A stretch of 64,000 nucleotides of DNA from Rhynchobatus australiae (lineage: Eukaryota). The stretch is from the NCBI GenBank assembly GCA_034780895.1, contig JAUZTB010000127.1, forward strand, positions 70,867,992-70,931,991, written 5' to 3'. The position numbers and the translations under genes are program-made. Below are positions 39,481-51,750 of the stretch, piece after piece. Position 1 is the stretch's first letter, and each line of letters opens with the position of its first letter. The notes beneath the pieces are model-generated. The model did not search any database. It was not told the DNA's origin and saw only the letters and a program-made list of their open reading frames with translations.

Positions 39481-40335
39481 TTAGATTAGTTCACTGAGCT
39501 TAAATATAAAGCAGTACCTTTGCCCTATCCCCTCCAATGTCCTTTCCTCACTTAGATGGCACAATACGCAGTGCTAAAACAACAAGCTTCTGTAAATTAT
39601 TTATACTCGAGTTTCAGTTAAAAACAACATAATTCAGATTTTAGATAAGGTTAGTTCAGGATGGATAAGTTGTATCTTGATTTCATAAACATAAATGTAA
39701 CTCATAAGCAGTTAAAAAAAGAAAGCTGAATGCAAAATGGTTCATTGTCCTACTTTGTGTTTGTAATACAAATAGGAAAGTAATATATTCAGATATGTCG
39801 CTATTNNNNNNNNNNNNNNNNNNNNNNNNNNNNNNNNNNNNNNNNNNNNNNNNNNNNNNNNNNNNNNNNNNNNNNNNNNNNNNNNNNNNNNNNNNNNNNN
39901 NNNNNNNNNNNNNNNNNNNNNNNNNNNNNNNNNNNNNNNNNNNNNNNNNNNNNNNNNNNNNNNNNNNNNNNNNNNNNNNNNNNNNNNNNNNNNNNNNNNN
40001 NNNNNNNNNNNNNNNNNNNNNNNNNNNNNNNNNNNNNNNNNNNNNNNNNNNNNNNNNNNNNNNNNNNNNNNNNNAGAGAGAAGGAATGGCACTTTATTAT
40101 AACAAAAGTGGGGCATTGGCTCATTCAGGCTTAAAATAACCAGGTAAGACTGTGTTGTAGAGTCAGAACAATCTTGGCATTTTCCCTCAAATTGATATCA
40201 TGGGCTTGAGTACATCATAAAAGGAAGAACTTTAACTCATGGAATCGGATGGTTTTGAGTCATGCTGATGGTTAAAGTGCAGAAAATCTGGATGGAATCT
40301 GAACCCACCTCAAACCTGCCATTTCCTATTTAAAC

Positions 40336-40684
40336 GGCAGCGCAGTGGTGCACTTATTAGAGATGCTGCCTCACAGCACCAGAGACCTGGGTTCAATCCT
40401 GACCTCTGGTGCTCTGTGTGGACTTTGCATGTTCTCCCTATGACGCAATGGTTTCCTCTGCATGCTTTGGTTTTCTCCCACATCTCAAAGACATGCAGAT
40501 TGGTATGTTAATTGGCCACTGTAAATTGCCCCCAGCGTGTAGGTGAATGGTAGAATGTATAAAATTGATGAAATGTAGGGAGAATGGGATTAATGAAGGA
40601 TTAGAGTAAATGGGTGTTTGATGGTCAGTGCGGATTTAGTGGGCTGAAAGGCCTGTTTCCATGCTGTATCTCTCTGTGACTCTA
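40336..40684 (+). mobile_element. HE1-type (V-domain) tRNA SINE, near full length
   Basis: A-box-like gcagtggtgca, B box gggttcaatcc, V-domain tttgcatgttctccctatgac..ggtttcctc..ctcccacatctcaaagacatgc, CR1-derived tail gggctgaaaggcctgtttccatgctgtatctctct. Confidence 0.88.
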
Positions 40685-40779
40685 AACAGGGGAAGTGACA
40701 AATCAATTCTGTGAAGTCTGTTGGTTTTGCAAATGTTATAATTAAACTGTCTACCTTCATGATAACAAGCATTCCATTA

Positions 40780-40885
40780 GGGATAGCACAATGGCACAGC
40801 TAGTAGAACTGCTGGCTCAAAGCTCCAGCAATCCTGATCATTGGTGCTATCTGCGGGGAGTTTGCACATCCTCCCTGTGACCAGT
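40780..40885 (+). mobile_element. 5' fragment of HE1-type SINE
   Basis: gcacaatggcacagctagtagaactgctggctca..ggagtttgcacatcctccctgtgacc, similar to the head of the upstream copy. Confidence 0.7.
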
Positions 40886-41257
40886 GCTTTACCTGGTGAG
40901 CCTGATGCTGAACCACTGGGATTTCTGAAGGGTCAGAGAGCCGATTATTGGAACTTCTCTGTATCTGCCAGGACCACCCAAAACTACCCCTGGCCCCCAT
41001 GACCACCTGATCCTCTGAAATAGATTGTTTGAAAGCTAGTGGAAGAGAAACTTTTGCTTTTTGTCCATTCATTGCTGCTGTTTTAGCTTCAGACAGCACA
41101 GATCAATGATTCCTCAGTTGAATGTTGCCTGTTGCTGCTTGGTTGCTAGGTGACCTCGATTTTCATTTGAGGGGCCTTGCAGACAGACATGAGGGCAGCT
41201 TCTCCTGACTACTAATGGAAGTAGGTCTGTTACATAATGAACACCGAAAGGAAGCAA

Positions 41258-41312
41258 CACAGACAGACAGACAAGAGACTAAAAAAGGGAGAAAGAGACA
41301 GACAGACAGAGA
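41258..41312 (+). repeat. (GACA)n / AG-rich simple repeat
   Basis: cagacagacagacaagagac and gagacagacagacagagac. Confidence 0.8.
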
Positions 41313-44300
41313 CTCAAAAATGGTAAGAGAAATTGACTATTTCAACTGATACAGGTAAAAGAGATTTTCAGTTTCTATCACTAATTTAGCTTAAGTGATT
41401 TTAACCAAAGGTGCTCTTTCTCCCTGTATTAACCCATTTATTGCTGCATAAAAAGTTCACATTGTTTTGACTGCTTACTGTTTGTTGAAACCTAAAATGC
41501 ACATGGGATTACAAAATGATTCTTAGTTACTTATGGCAAATGCACAGTCATGGCAGAGTAACTCTGCATTAAACTTTACTCGTGGAATTTGCTTCCATAG
41601 GCTTAAACAAACCCAAATTTCAGAAATTTATTAAAATGCCCAGCTGCTACCTTATAGCATGTATAGTGTAAGTGACTGAGGACAATTGATAGGCTTACAA
41701 TAAGTTAATACGATGACAATGGAATATCACTGAGAAATCTCTTCACTAAAACAATCACTGGGATATTTCATGAATGCATCTTTTTATTTGACTTTTCTGC
41801 TCCTCTGCATCCATCACTGCTTGACAAAAAATTGAAAGAGAGTATTATCAGAGCTCATTCAACTCATCTTCCTTTGTTCCAATTGCATATTACACTCTTT
41901 AGGAAAGTAAACAGTTCAGTGGAGCCCATTTAAGATGAACTCTGCTAAATCTACTTTGTCAGGATTGTTTGACAACATCACAGAAGAATTGCCACGTTTA
42001 GCTATATTCAAATCATGACATGTAAAAGCACATAACCAAATTTGTCAGAGAAACAGTGGTTTTCTATGGACAGAGGTATTTCAGGAAGATGATCAAAGAA
42101 ATCTATAATTTGCTGAATGAAGGCCTGCAGCCTAATGCAGAGCTAGCGCATTTGCAAGGCCACAGGTTTCATCCATCAGGAAATCTTCAAAGAGGAGGAG
42201 GGAAAATGATTTGCTGATATTGTTCCACAAGGTAGAAAAATTATCGCAACTAATATTGATCCATTCCTTCCTCTACAAAGTTACAACCCCAACTGCCCAA
42301 GTTATCGTAACATAACAAAATATACAATAACAAGCAATGCTTGAGTAGTCTTTATTTACTTCTAGTCTTATGTTTACTAATCNNNNNNNNNNTCTAAATG
42401 TGCCCACCTAAAGATTGCAGCATTTTCTTAGGCCTGGCCCTTGTAAACAGCTCTAATTATCGGGATCACAACTTCTGGTACAGAAACCTCTGACCTTTCA
42501 ACAGGAGTCCTTCTCCAGGATAGAAAAATTTTAGGTGATGCTCAGTCATTTGAGAAGATGTAGCACGGTGGACGGTGATGGGATTGGAATAAATTTCCTC
42601 AGTGGCAGGCAAGAAAAACTAAAGTTCAAAACAGTGTGAAGAAACTGTGAGAAGTTTGATTGCTGATATGTATAAATCTTACTGATTAAGGTGTGCATAA
42701 GCAAGGATTTCATTATTTGGTTTTCGTTTGATTATTCATGCCTCTTTGGTCATTTTTGATGCTTTCACATTAAGGAGAGACATTTGATCATTTAACAGCC
42801 ACTTGACTATTTGAGCCAATCACAGTTTTTTGCCCTACACTTTTGGGAGTGTATCACAATTGAATTTAGTTTTACAATAGTATTTTCTTTGAAAGGTGTG
42901 ACACGATGGACACTACACATCTCCACTGAAGGAATTTGAAAAGAAGTTTGTAAGAGAACCTCTCAGAAACAGTAGAGTAAGTGAGTTTTGATCAGCTGCT
43001 GGAAATATATACAAGTAGAGTTTCCGCTCGGTTACACTAACAATATCAGCACAATCTGGGTGGAATTGGCCAAATGAGCACAAAAGATGGGAGATTTTAA
43101 ACATAAGTGCATTAAACAAAAAGCCATTTGTTTTTGCATGTTCCACCTAACTTTAGGCCACTTTAGCGTTCAGTTCTCTAAGATCAGGCCACCCCCCCCC
43201 CTTGCATTTTGCCACTCCAAGTTGAAACTGAGATTCACTGTGGCAATTGCAAAAGGCTCTTCAAATTACACTTAGTTGTTAAAGTGCTCAAACATAATTT
43301 AAAGATTTAATTTTAATATCAAAATATATTCAGTAAAACACAGACTATAGTCACCAGGGAAACTACTAATTATTCAGTATTATTTCTTTAATATCAATTT
43401 CATTGATTTTAAATTCAATTGCTCATCGATTTAGGATTAGACTCACTTATCAAAAGTATTTATTTTGAGTGATAAACTCATTTTCAACTTTAACAATAAA
43501 AATGATGCAAGTTATATTCCTGAAGAACTTCAAAGAATATTTTGATGGAAAGAAACAAAAAATTGATAATATTCTGATACACTACCCAATTACACTGATA
43601 CATTGATGATTTTGAGGCATAAATTCACCCTTGGTTGCATACACTAACTTTGCAATGTATTAGCAACTGCGCTTTGCACCCTTCTACTAAAATTTGCTTC
43701 CACTGGAATCAATGGAAACAAATTCCCATCACATAATGTAATTAAACAAATAATCTCTGCATGTAACATGGGAAGCAGATATCTATTTTTTTCCCACATT
43801 GAGGATATGATTTTTTTTCTTATCTAAAGAAAAGTATTTTCTTGTTTTCTTACTAAGAAATATCTAAAACTTAAGAAAATATTCTACATCTGAATGATCC
43901 AAGGTGCAACACAAAAATATCAATTTGCTATGGTGCAGGACTGCCACACTGTCTCATACTTTGTTACCCTGTGAGAAGACTCTCTCTGGACCCATATAAC
44001 ACAAGGATTATGATGTCATGCAACTGCTGAACTGTTTGGAATTGAGCTGAAAGAGATACTGACCGAGTCTTCGGTTTGTGATCTGCAATGAGAGAGCCAA
44101 GTGCATTGATGGTAGTCTAGTAGCAAATGTAAAAACTTAAATCAGACCCTTCTGTCTAAGAAATTTTGATGAAGCCAGTTGATTGCACTCAATGATCCCT
44201 CTGTGTATGCTGAAAAGTTCTCATGAGGCCAGGTGCTAATGACAAGTCTGTCATGTTATTGCTTTTCATAACCTTGGACCCATTGAGACTGTTTAGTAGC

Positions 44301-44599
44301 TTAATGCAGAAGCCCTTCATTGAGGTAAGAGAGTCATGCGTTCACCAGCTGAGGAACTGAAGAAGTTCTTTGATAGAACATGTTTGCTTGTAATGATCAG
44401 CAATCAGCTGCCTGCAAGCTACTTGCAGCTTTTAGTGTTGACATTGTTCTTGGTTTGCAGAAGTAAATGTATGTGAGATCTACTTATTTTAAAGGGAATG
44501 TCAGACTCACATGTTAAGCTCTCACTCTATGTATCGAACACTAAAACCAGGTGGTGTCAGCCATCATGGTCTCAGTTAATACCTCCCTGCCAGGACACG

Positions 44600-45620
44600 G
44601 CAATTGTACAGAGGGGTCCTCAACAGAATTGCCAGGTAATAAACATGTCCTAACAGCATATTCTGAGAAGGATTCCCTCCCTAGACATTTGTCTACATGC
44701 TCCCACTTTGCTACTTCCTCTGCTGCCTCTTCTGCCATCTACTTCTTCTGCTGTTGGAATGCTCCAGTCAATGTCTGAACCCCAAATGTAAGGTTGTGGC
44801 TCTCTGAGATGCAGATATCAAAATCTCGCCTTGAGAACCCCGTTGGAACTTTTCACCAGGCTCCTGGTGGTCTTGTTCAATCCTTATAAAGGCAATTGTC
44901 TGCACCAGCCTGAGCATTTACTTGAGTTAAGAGCTAAGGAAGAAATGAATGGGCCTTGACCCCAAGACTTTAATGTAGCATGTCGTTTGAAAAACAGCAG
45001 GCACAGTTGTATATCTGTGAATAAAAATATAAAGCAAGATCCCTGGAAACATCACACTAACCAGGAAAAAGTTCTGAGGGTTCCAGATGAGTTGGATCTT
45101 CAGGGGTGGTAGCTCTTGTAATTCATTAAGTGCTCCAGGTTGTCCAGCAATCCAAAGCTCCACATGAGTGCAACCTATTACTCCTTAAAACCATAGGAAG
45201 CCTGCTATCCTTACAAATCCATCTGCCCAGTCTGCCTGCTGGTATCTGCTCAAGGAAAAGTCCCTTGCCCTTGAGTTGAGAGCACCAGTGACCTCAGTAT
45301 TGCTACAGCATGCAAAATGAGCAGAAGTCATTTGAAATGATTCAGAGTGATGGTAAGTTTAATCTCTACAGGGGAGCATTCCAGGCATGGGTGTGTGGCT
45401 GGAGTTCTGCCCTAGCAGGATCTCTGTCACCTATGATACAGAACATCTCAGTCTCTGGATTCATTGAGAGCTGGAGATAGGTATGTGTGTCCCTGAATGC
45501 TCTGGTGGATGAGGTCCATGAGCATGTCCCCTTCTCCATTTTCTCCCATGGAGTACCTAGACAATTCTGCCCAACCCTCATGCCTATTCTGTTGTTTCAG
45601 CTCATGCTGAACACACAGTG
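44600..45620 (-). mobile_element. Second Harbinger/PIF transposase fossil
   Basis: Reverse-strand motifs in order: TYLQLS, PVEIKLTITLNHF, EVTGALNSRARDF, AGF...GVIGCTHVE, GQPGAL..LKIQLIWNPQNFFLVSVMFPG, TTRSLVKSSNGVLKARF, then an acidic stretch (AEEAAEE). Confidence 0.8.
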
Positions 45621-46949
45621 GGACCACCACAGGATCACCCAAGCAAAGAAATAATAACTGGAGAAATAGCAGAGCACCTCATTCAAAGTCACAAAATACC
45701 TTGCATTCATTCCCTGTGCCCAAATAGTCTCCAAACTGCAATGCAGCACTGTAGATTAAGCATAAAGTGGCTGCGTGGCCCTTAATTAGTGCAAAGAGCA
45801 CCATGAAGTCCAGGTTCCCTGTGATAGCTCCGCAGCATTCCTGAAACAGAGGAAGGTGACCCAAATTTAGTTGTCCATGCTCCAGGCAAATGTTGTATGA
45901 TGAATGATGTCATCCTGTGAATATACTATTTGCCAAACATCAAACTGTACAAAAATGCCAATGGAATTTCCTGAACTAGGTAAATTGAGCAGAATAAGCA
46001 TATTTCTGTGATTTACAAATAGCACACTTAGCTCAAGAAACTTCAGGAATTTTGTCCTTAATATTTTGTTTATATTCCAACTACATAGATTACAAATGGA
46101 ATGCTCCCACAGACATGAAGTAAATAAGAAGCAAGAGCAGGAAAAAGATCTCCACTTGGCCCTCTGATAGAAAATAGCAGGATAAATAACAGGCAGGGTC
46201 CTTGTGATACAGAATTCTGCCCCATTCCTGTAGCAGTCCTCTTCAACTTCACCAAGACTTCAATCAGAACTTTGAAACAAACTGATCTGCAGTTAATGCA
46301 AAACTTATTATTCTTCTCCAGAATATTAAAAACAACTTTAAGAGTTCCTGTATAAATTTTCACTGCAGTTTAAACTAGAAGCAGCTGATGACTGAAATTA
46401 TTGAGCCACAGCTCCAGGCTTTGCCTTTCCTCTTTCTTGATGGGCTACAAATAACCTGGCAGAAATTACTTGAATGTATCCTTGATCTTTTAAAGGTAGA
46501 AGGGAATTTTTTAAAAATGCTTCATTGGCTATTTAATTTAAACAAGTATTTGCCCTTTATTTATAAGAGCTTCCATCAAGCATATCTAATCAGTAGACTA
46601 CATTGTACTTGCACGTGATTTCTGCATGAAAACATTAAATTCCAGTTGTCAAAAGTTTTGGGCAAAGATTTTAATCCAACATTTCAAAGGAATAATTATA
46701 ATAAAAAGTTAGTATCCAACTGTCAACAATGGACTGTCACATTTCTGGCCTCCATCCAGTCAATAGCTTTGAGGGATTTCTTCTCTGTGTTTCCTAATAT
46801 CGTCACATGATAAGGTTCCCATTTTATTCGTGCTTCGGGTGCCAAAATCAATTGCAAATCATAGGTACATATTTTTAGTGTGAGTGGAGGAGTAGGATAT
46901 GTCAAATCTCCAAAATTCAAGGTCCAATATTCTGCATGGATCATGTAGG

Positions 46950-47760
46950 CCATATGAGGTTGTGAGAAAGTTATTCCAGAATTATTCCTGACATGTGGTA
47001 AGTGGAGGAATACATTGTGATAAGGTAATGTTCAGAATAGCTATGGAAAAGCATATAGGCCGCTCCAAAGTAAAACAATTCAACTGGGACACCACAACTT
47101 CCAATAAGTTGAAAACAGATCTACCCTGGATATGTTTAAATCAAAGCTTTGCAGTCANNNNNNNNNNAGCTGCAATCAAACAATGGGAGGCCTTTAATAT
47201 GGAGATGTCTCAGTCACTGTGTAGGTATAGTCCCATGAGGAGTAGAAAAGATAAAGCCAGAGTTCTATGGATGACCAAGAAGATGGAGCAGGCTGATTAC
47301 TGGAAGTTCAGAAGGAAGATAAAACAGGAAAAAAGTAAGACAAAGAGAGAGCATGAGAAAAGATCGGCCACAAACATAAAAGGGAATCAAAAATATTTGC
47401 TAAGCACTTGAATAGGAAACAAGTTGTAAGAGGAGAGGTGGGGTGATTAGGGGGGGCAGTGGGCATGGCTGAGGTACTAAGTGAGCACCTCACATCAATC
47501 TCCACCAAGAAGATAGTGTTAGAATCTCAACAAGGAAAGATGTAGTGATTCTGAAACAGGTAAAAATTGATAAATAGCAGACATTAAAAGGCTGATTCAT
47601 TTATAGTAGATAAATCACTTGATCTAAATGGAATGCATGCTTGGTGGCTGAGGGAAGTGAGGGCAGAAACTGTAGATCCCCGACCATAATCTTCCAAACA
47701 TCCGTAGAGCCAGGGATGATGCCTGTGGGCTGGAATATTGCGAATGTTACATCCTTGAGC
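46950..47760 (+). mobile_element. Decayed CR1 LINE ORF2 fragments
   Basis: KREHEKRSATNIKGNQK; IIFQTSVEPGMMPVGWNIANVTSL (IFQ.SL..G.VP.DW.IANVTPL). Confidence 0.75.
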
Positions 47761-47809
47761 TCAGTCAATTGCACTGCACTTTCCCTAAGAAGACTGAGCA
47801 ACATCAGTT

Positions 47810-48150
47810 CTGTTCTGCTCATGGCTGCACACAGAAAAACATGGACAACATTCATAGACTTGGGTGGATAACAAATAAGTCATACTTGTGCCACACTAAT
47901 GGCAGGCATTATATCTCTAACAAGGGGATATCTAATCACATCACCGTGACATTCAGTCACCATCAATAAATCCTCATCATCAACACTAGGGTTCACCCTT
48001 GACCAGAAACTTACCTGGATTTCTCATAATAATTTTCAATACAAAAGCGCAACAGAGGTTGGGTATTCTATAATATTCTGAGCAAAGCCATTCCACCATT
48101 GACAAAGTACAAAATGAACATTCACCACTTGCCTGGGTAAGTTAAACTTC
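47810..48150 (+). mobile_element. CR1-clade LINE fragment (second family)
   Basis: ggacaacattc..cttggg..gataa..gtgccacac..ggcaggca..tctctaacaagggg.tatctaatcac..gaccagaaacttacctgga; same family as 62890-63690. Confidence 0.6.
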
Positions 48151-48717
48151 AATNNNNNNNNNNNNNNNNNNNNNNNNNNNNNNNNNNNNNNNNNNNNNNN
48201 NNNNNNNNNNNNNNNNNNNNNNNNNNNNNNNNNNNNNNNNNNNNNNNNNNNNNCCGATCTTACTTTCATTTTTCCCATATAGCTCTAATAAAAAATTGTC
48301 AAAATAAAATTGTAAAATATTACAGCGATATATTGGACTTGAATTTCATTAACATGTGCATTTTTCCATATAATTTGGCTAATTGCCCAATGCGTAATTT
48401 CGGGAATGGCTTATCAGAGGCAGCAAGGTGCAGAATCAAGCTTGAAGCATTTATCACTGGCTTCATTTTTCTCAGAGTTCAATACAACTTTGCTTTCTGT
48501 TTCAAGAAAATGCTTTTAGTGTGCCTGGCATTTTATGTTAATTAATGTAAATGTTTTCCACAGTGAATTTCCCATTTTTTCCTGGCCTCTGAACCCTGCT
48601 TTTCCCATAATAGCATAAAAATTGATACAAAGAGTGAGATGATCACATTTGAAAATACATTAGCAAGGAACTTATTTTTTTAAAAGTTTGTGAGAACTTC
48701 AGCAACTTTTTAAGAAG

Positions 48718-50950
48718 GAAAAACAAAATGCTGGAAATCTGAAATAAAAGCAGAAAATACTAGAAATACTCAATAGGCCAGCTAGGATCTGCGAAGAGAG
48801 CTAGAATATAAATGCCTCATGTCGATGACCATTTATCAAAATAGGAAATGTTCAAGATCAAATATGTTTTAAGTTGCAGAGAAAGTTGAGGAGTGGAGAG
48901 AACTAAAAGCATGTCTGTGATAGGATGAAGACCTTAAAGACTAATTAGCTGATCTGTCTGGATGAGATATAAATAGAAGGAGATGATTGAGAACGGAGGA
49001 GAGAGAAAGAAAATGCTGGAACTTGAGATACAAAACACTGCAGTTGCTGAAAATCTTAAACAAGTGAGAATGCTTGAAATATCCGGCATGTCAGGCAGCA
49101 ACTGTAGAGAAAGAATAATGGACTTAATATTACATGTTAATCACCTTCCATCACAACTTTCACCATCTTTGCTGCCAATATGCAACTTATTATCACTTTC
49201 ACCTGGTCCAATTCTGTTCTTTCCTNNNNNNNNNNNNNNNNNNNNNNNNNNNNNNNNNNNNNNNNNNNNNNNNNNNNNNNNNNNNNNNNNNNNNNNNNNN
49301 NNNCACTTAGCTCATTTGCTTTAGACATCTTCCCTTCACACTCCCCAAGATGCACAAGCAGGACTGTTTCAGTAAACTCATTGTTCTTGTCCAAGAGAAC
49401 TTATTTCTTTTCTCCTTGACTCTATTCTTTCTCCCCTTGTCCAGTTGCTTCCCACTTCCATCTGTTACACCTCCGACACTCTCTACTACTTTAACAGTTT
49501 CTAATTTCCTGGTCCAAACTAGCTCATTTCCATCATGGGCGTCCAGTCCCTCTACAACTCCATTCCCGGCCATGATGGGCTGAAGGTCCTTGGGTTCTTC
49601 CTGGAACAGAGGCTCAACCAGCCTCCCTCTACCACCACCTTCCTTCACTTGGCTGAATTCCTTCTCTTGTTGTACAACCTCCTTTAACTCTACTCACTTC
49701 CTCCAAATTTATAGAAACCTGCATGGGTCTAAGCTTTGCCTGGCTCTTCGTGGGGTACGTTGATCTGTCCTTGTTTCAGTCCTTCTCAAGCCTTTCTCTC
49801 AGTTTTATTCTGGCATATTCACAACAGTATTGGTGCTGCTTCCTACTCTAGGACAGGTCTTAAAAGTTTAATTACCTTTGCTGCCAATTTCCAACCTGCT
49901 CTTCCATTTATCTGATCTATCTCTGCCTCTTCCTTTTCTTTCTTCTGTTTCCATCTCAAGTGGTAGCTTCCAAGCCCTACAGATTCCTTCAGCTATCTCA
50001 CCTCCACACTGTTTCCTATAAAGGCTCCATTTTATTCTTCCAATTTCTCCAGCTCAATCATATCTGTCCTATTGACAACATCATCCATGCCAGTAATTCC
50101 AAGATGTCTTCCTTTCTTCTTAACCAAGGTGTCCCCACCAACATAGTTTACAGGAATCTCAACTGCACCTATTGGTCTTTTACTTCTTCCATTCCCTCCA
50201 TCCTGGGACCTAAGTACTCTTTCCAAGTGAAGCAGCAGTACTGCTTCCAATTTAGTAAATTGCATTCAATATTCACAATGTGGTGTCCTCTGCATTGGAA
50301 GGACCAACACATAGATTCAGTGACCAATTTCAGAGTACTCCCATTCAATCAGCTAAGGTGATCCTGAACGTCTAATTGCCAGTCACTTTATTTCTCCAAA
50401 CCATGCCCACTCTGACCTCTCTGACTATGGACTAATTTTGTAGCACTGAAGCCAACATAAACTTTAGGAAGAGCATCTCATCTTCCAAGTCTTCAGGATT
50501 CATGTTTTAATTTAACTATTTCCATTTTTTTTTGTCAAAGCTGCCCAATTTTGATGCAACATTATCAATCTGTAACAATAATGCAGTTAACATTACTGGT
50601 TGATAACCTTCTCTCTCTCCACATTTGCTATCTGACCACTGAGTTTTGCCAGCAGCTGCAGTGCTTTGTATTTCACGGTTCCTGCATTGTATTTTTTTCT
50701 CTCCTCCATTCTCATTCATCTCCCTCTATTTACACTTCCTCCAGACAGATCAGCTATAAATAACACACTTTCACCACCATCTCTTAGCGAGCACCAACAC
50801 CACTTGTGTCATTCAGTCCCTCTTGATCTCCGCTCAATCACAGACATTCCTTGTGTTCTCTCCTCACCTTGGCCTAGAACTTTAGCTCTTTCTTTCTTCA
50901 TAGATGTCACCTGGCTGCTGAGTATTTACAATATTTTCCATTTTCATTCA
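48718..50950 (+). mobile_element. Penelope-like retroelement (RT plus GIY-YIG endonuclease fossil) with inverted terminal repeats
   Basis: 49530-49790 reads MGVQSLYNSIPGHDGLKVLGFFLEQRLNQPPSTTTFLHLAEFLL..MGLSFAWLFVGYV (PLE RT). 50200-50500 carries decayed GIY-YIG motifs (LCIG.T...R..DQF..PE..IASHF.SP.H.HSDLS..EEHLIF). 48718-49135 is an inverted copy of 50590-50950. Confidence 0.85.
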
Positions 50951-50959
50951 TAAAAAGGA

Positions 50960-51750
50960 AGATAGTTGCAAAGATAAACAAATTTGCTTACAAATCCAGG
51001 GGAAATTATAGGCTGATCCAAGGGAAATTATAATGGGAAGTAAACAAATGGTTAAGATATCACAAAATTATGTTCTGTCAGTCTTAACTGCAGAAGACAC
51101 AAGGTTTTAATAACTTTAAGTAATTCATTTTGGTGAAGAGAATATACTAAAAAAATTGAAGAGAGTGAAAGCCAAAAATTCCCTTGAAGTTGACAGCCTG
51201 CATCCAAGATTCTGAAAAAGATGGCTAAATAGATGGTGGAGGTAGTACTGAAGGATCTTTCAAAATTTCATTGACCAACAAGCAATGCTAGCAGATTGAA
51301 AGGCAGCCTAGGTAACGTCACCATTCAAATAGTTAACACAAGACCAATTAAAATGACATATTTTGGGGGGGAAATGCTGGCATCTAGTAATAAGGATGTT
51401 CCAACAGGGCACTTTGAAATTATATGATTAGGCAGAATCAATTTGGAATCAAGAGTGATTGTGCTTAGCAAGTCCCACAGATATAGCAAGCAGTAGGTAG
51501 GTAAGTAGAATCAATGATGTGATGTAACAAGTTATTTGACAAGGTACTACACAGGTTGTTACAAAAATAAGAGTTTGTGAGATTGGAGGTAATATATTAG
51601 CATGAATAGGGAATTCATGAAAAGACAGAAAACAGAGAATAGGAGTAAGTGAGCCAGATTGTCAAGGGGATAACACAGGAACCAGTGTTCTGCCTTTAAG
51701 TATTCACAATTTATACTAATGTCTAAGATGAAAAGTCAGAGTGCATTATA
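50960..51750 (+). mobile_element. Decayed CR1 LINE ORF2 fragments
   Basis: gtgaaagccaaaaattcccttgaagttgacagcctgcatccaagattctgaaaaag (LKA.KSP..D.LHPR.LK); tttgacaaggtactacacagg (FDKVPH.R); aaagacagaaaacagagaatagga. Confidence 0.75.

Noticed and set aside
40336-40410. tRNA gene (A and B boxes present)
   Set aside because: It is the tRNA-derived head of a SINE and continues into the V-domain and LINE tail; no cloverleaf.
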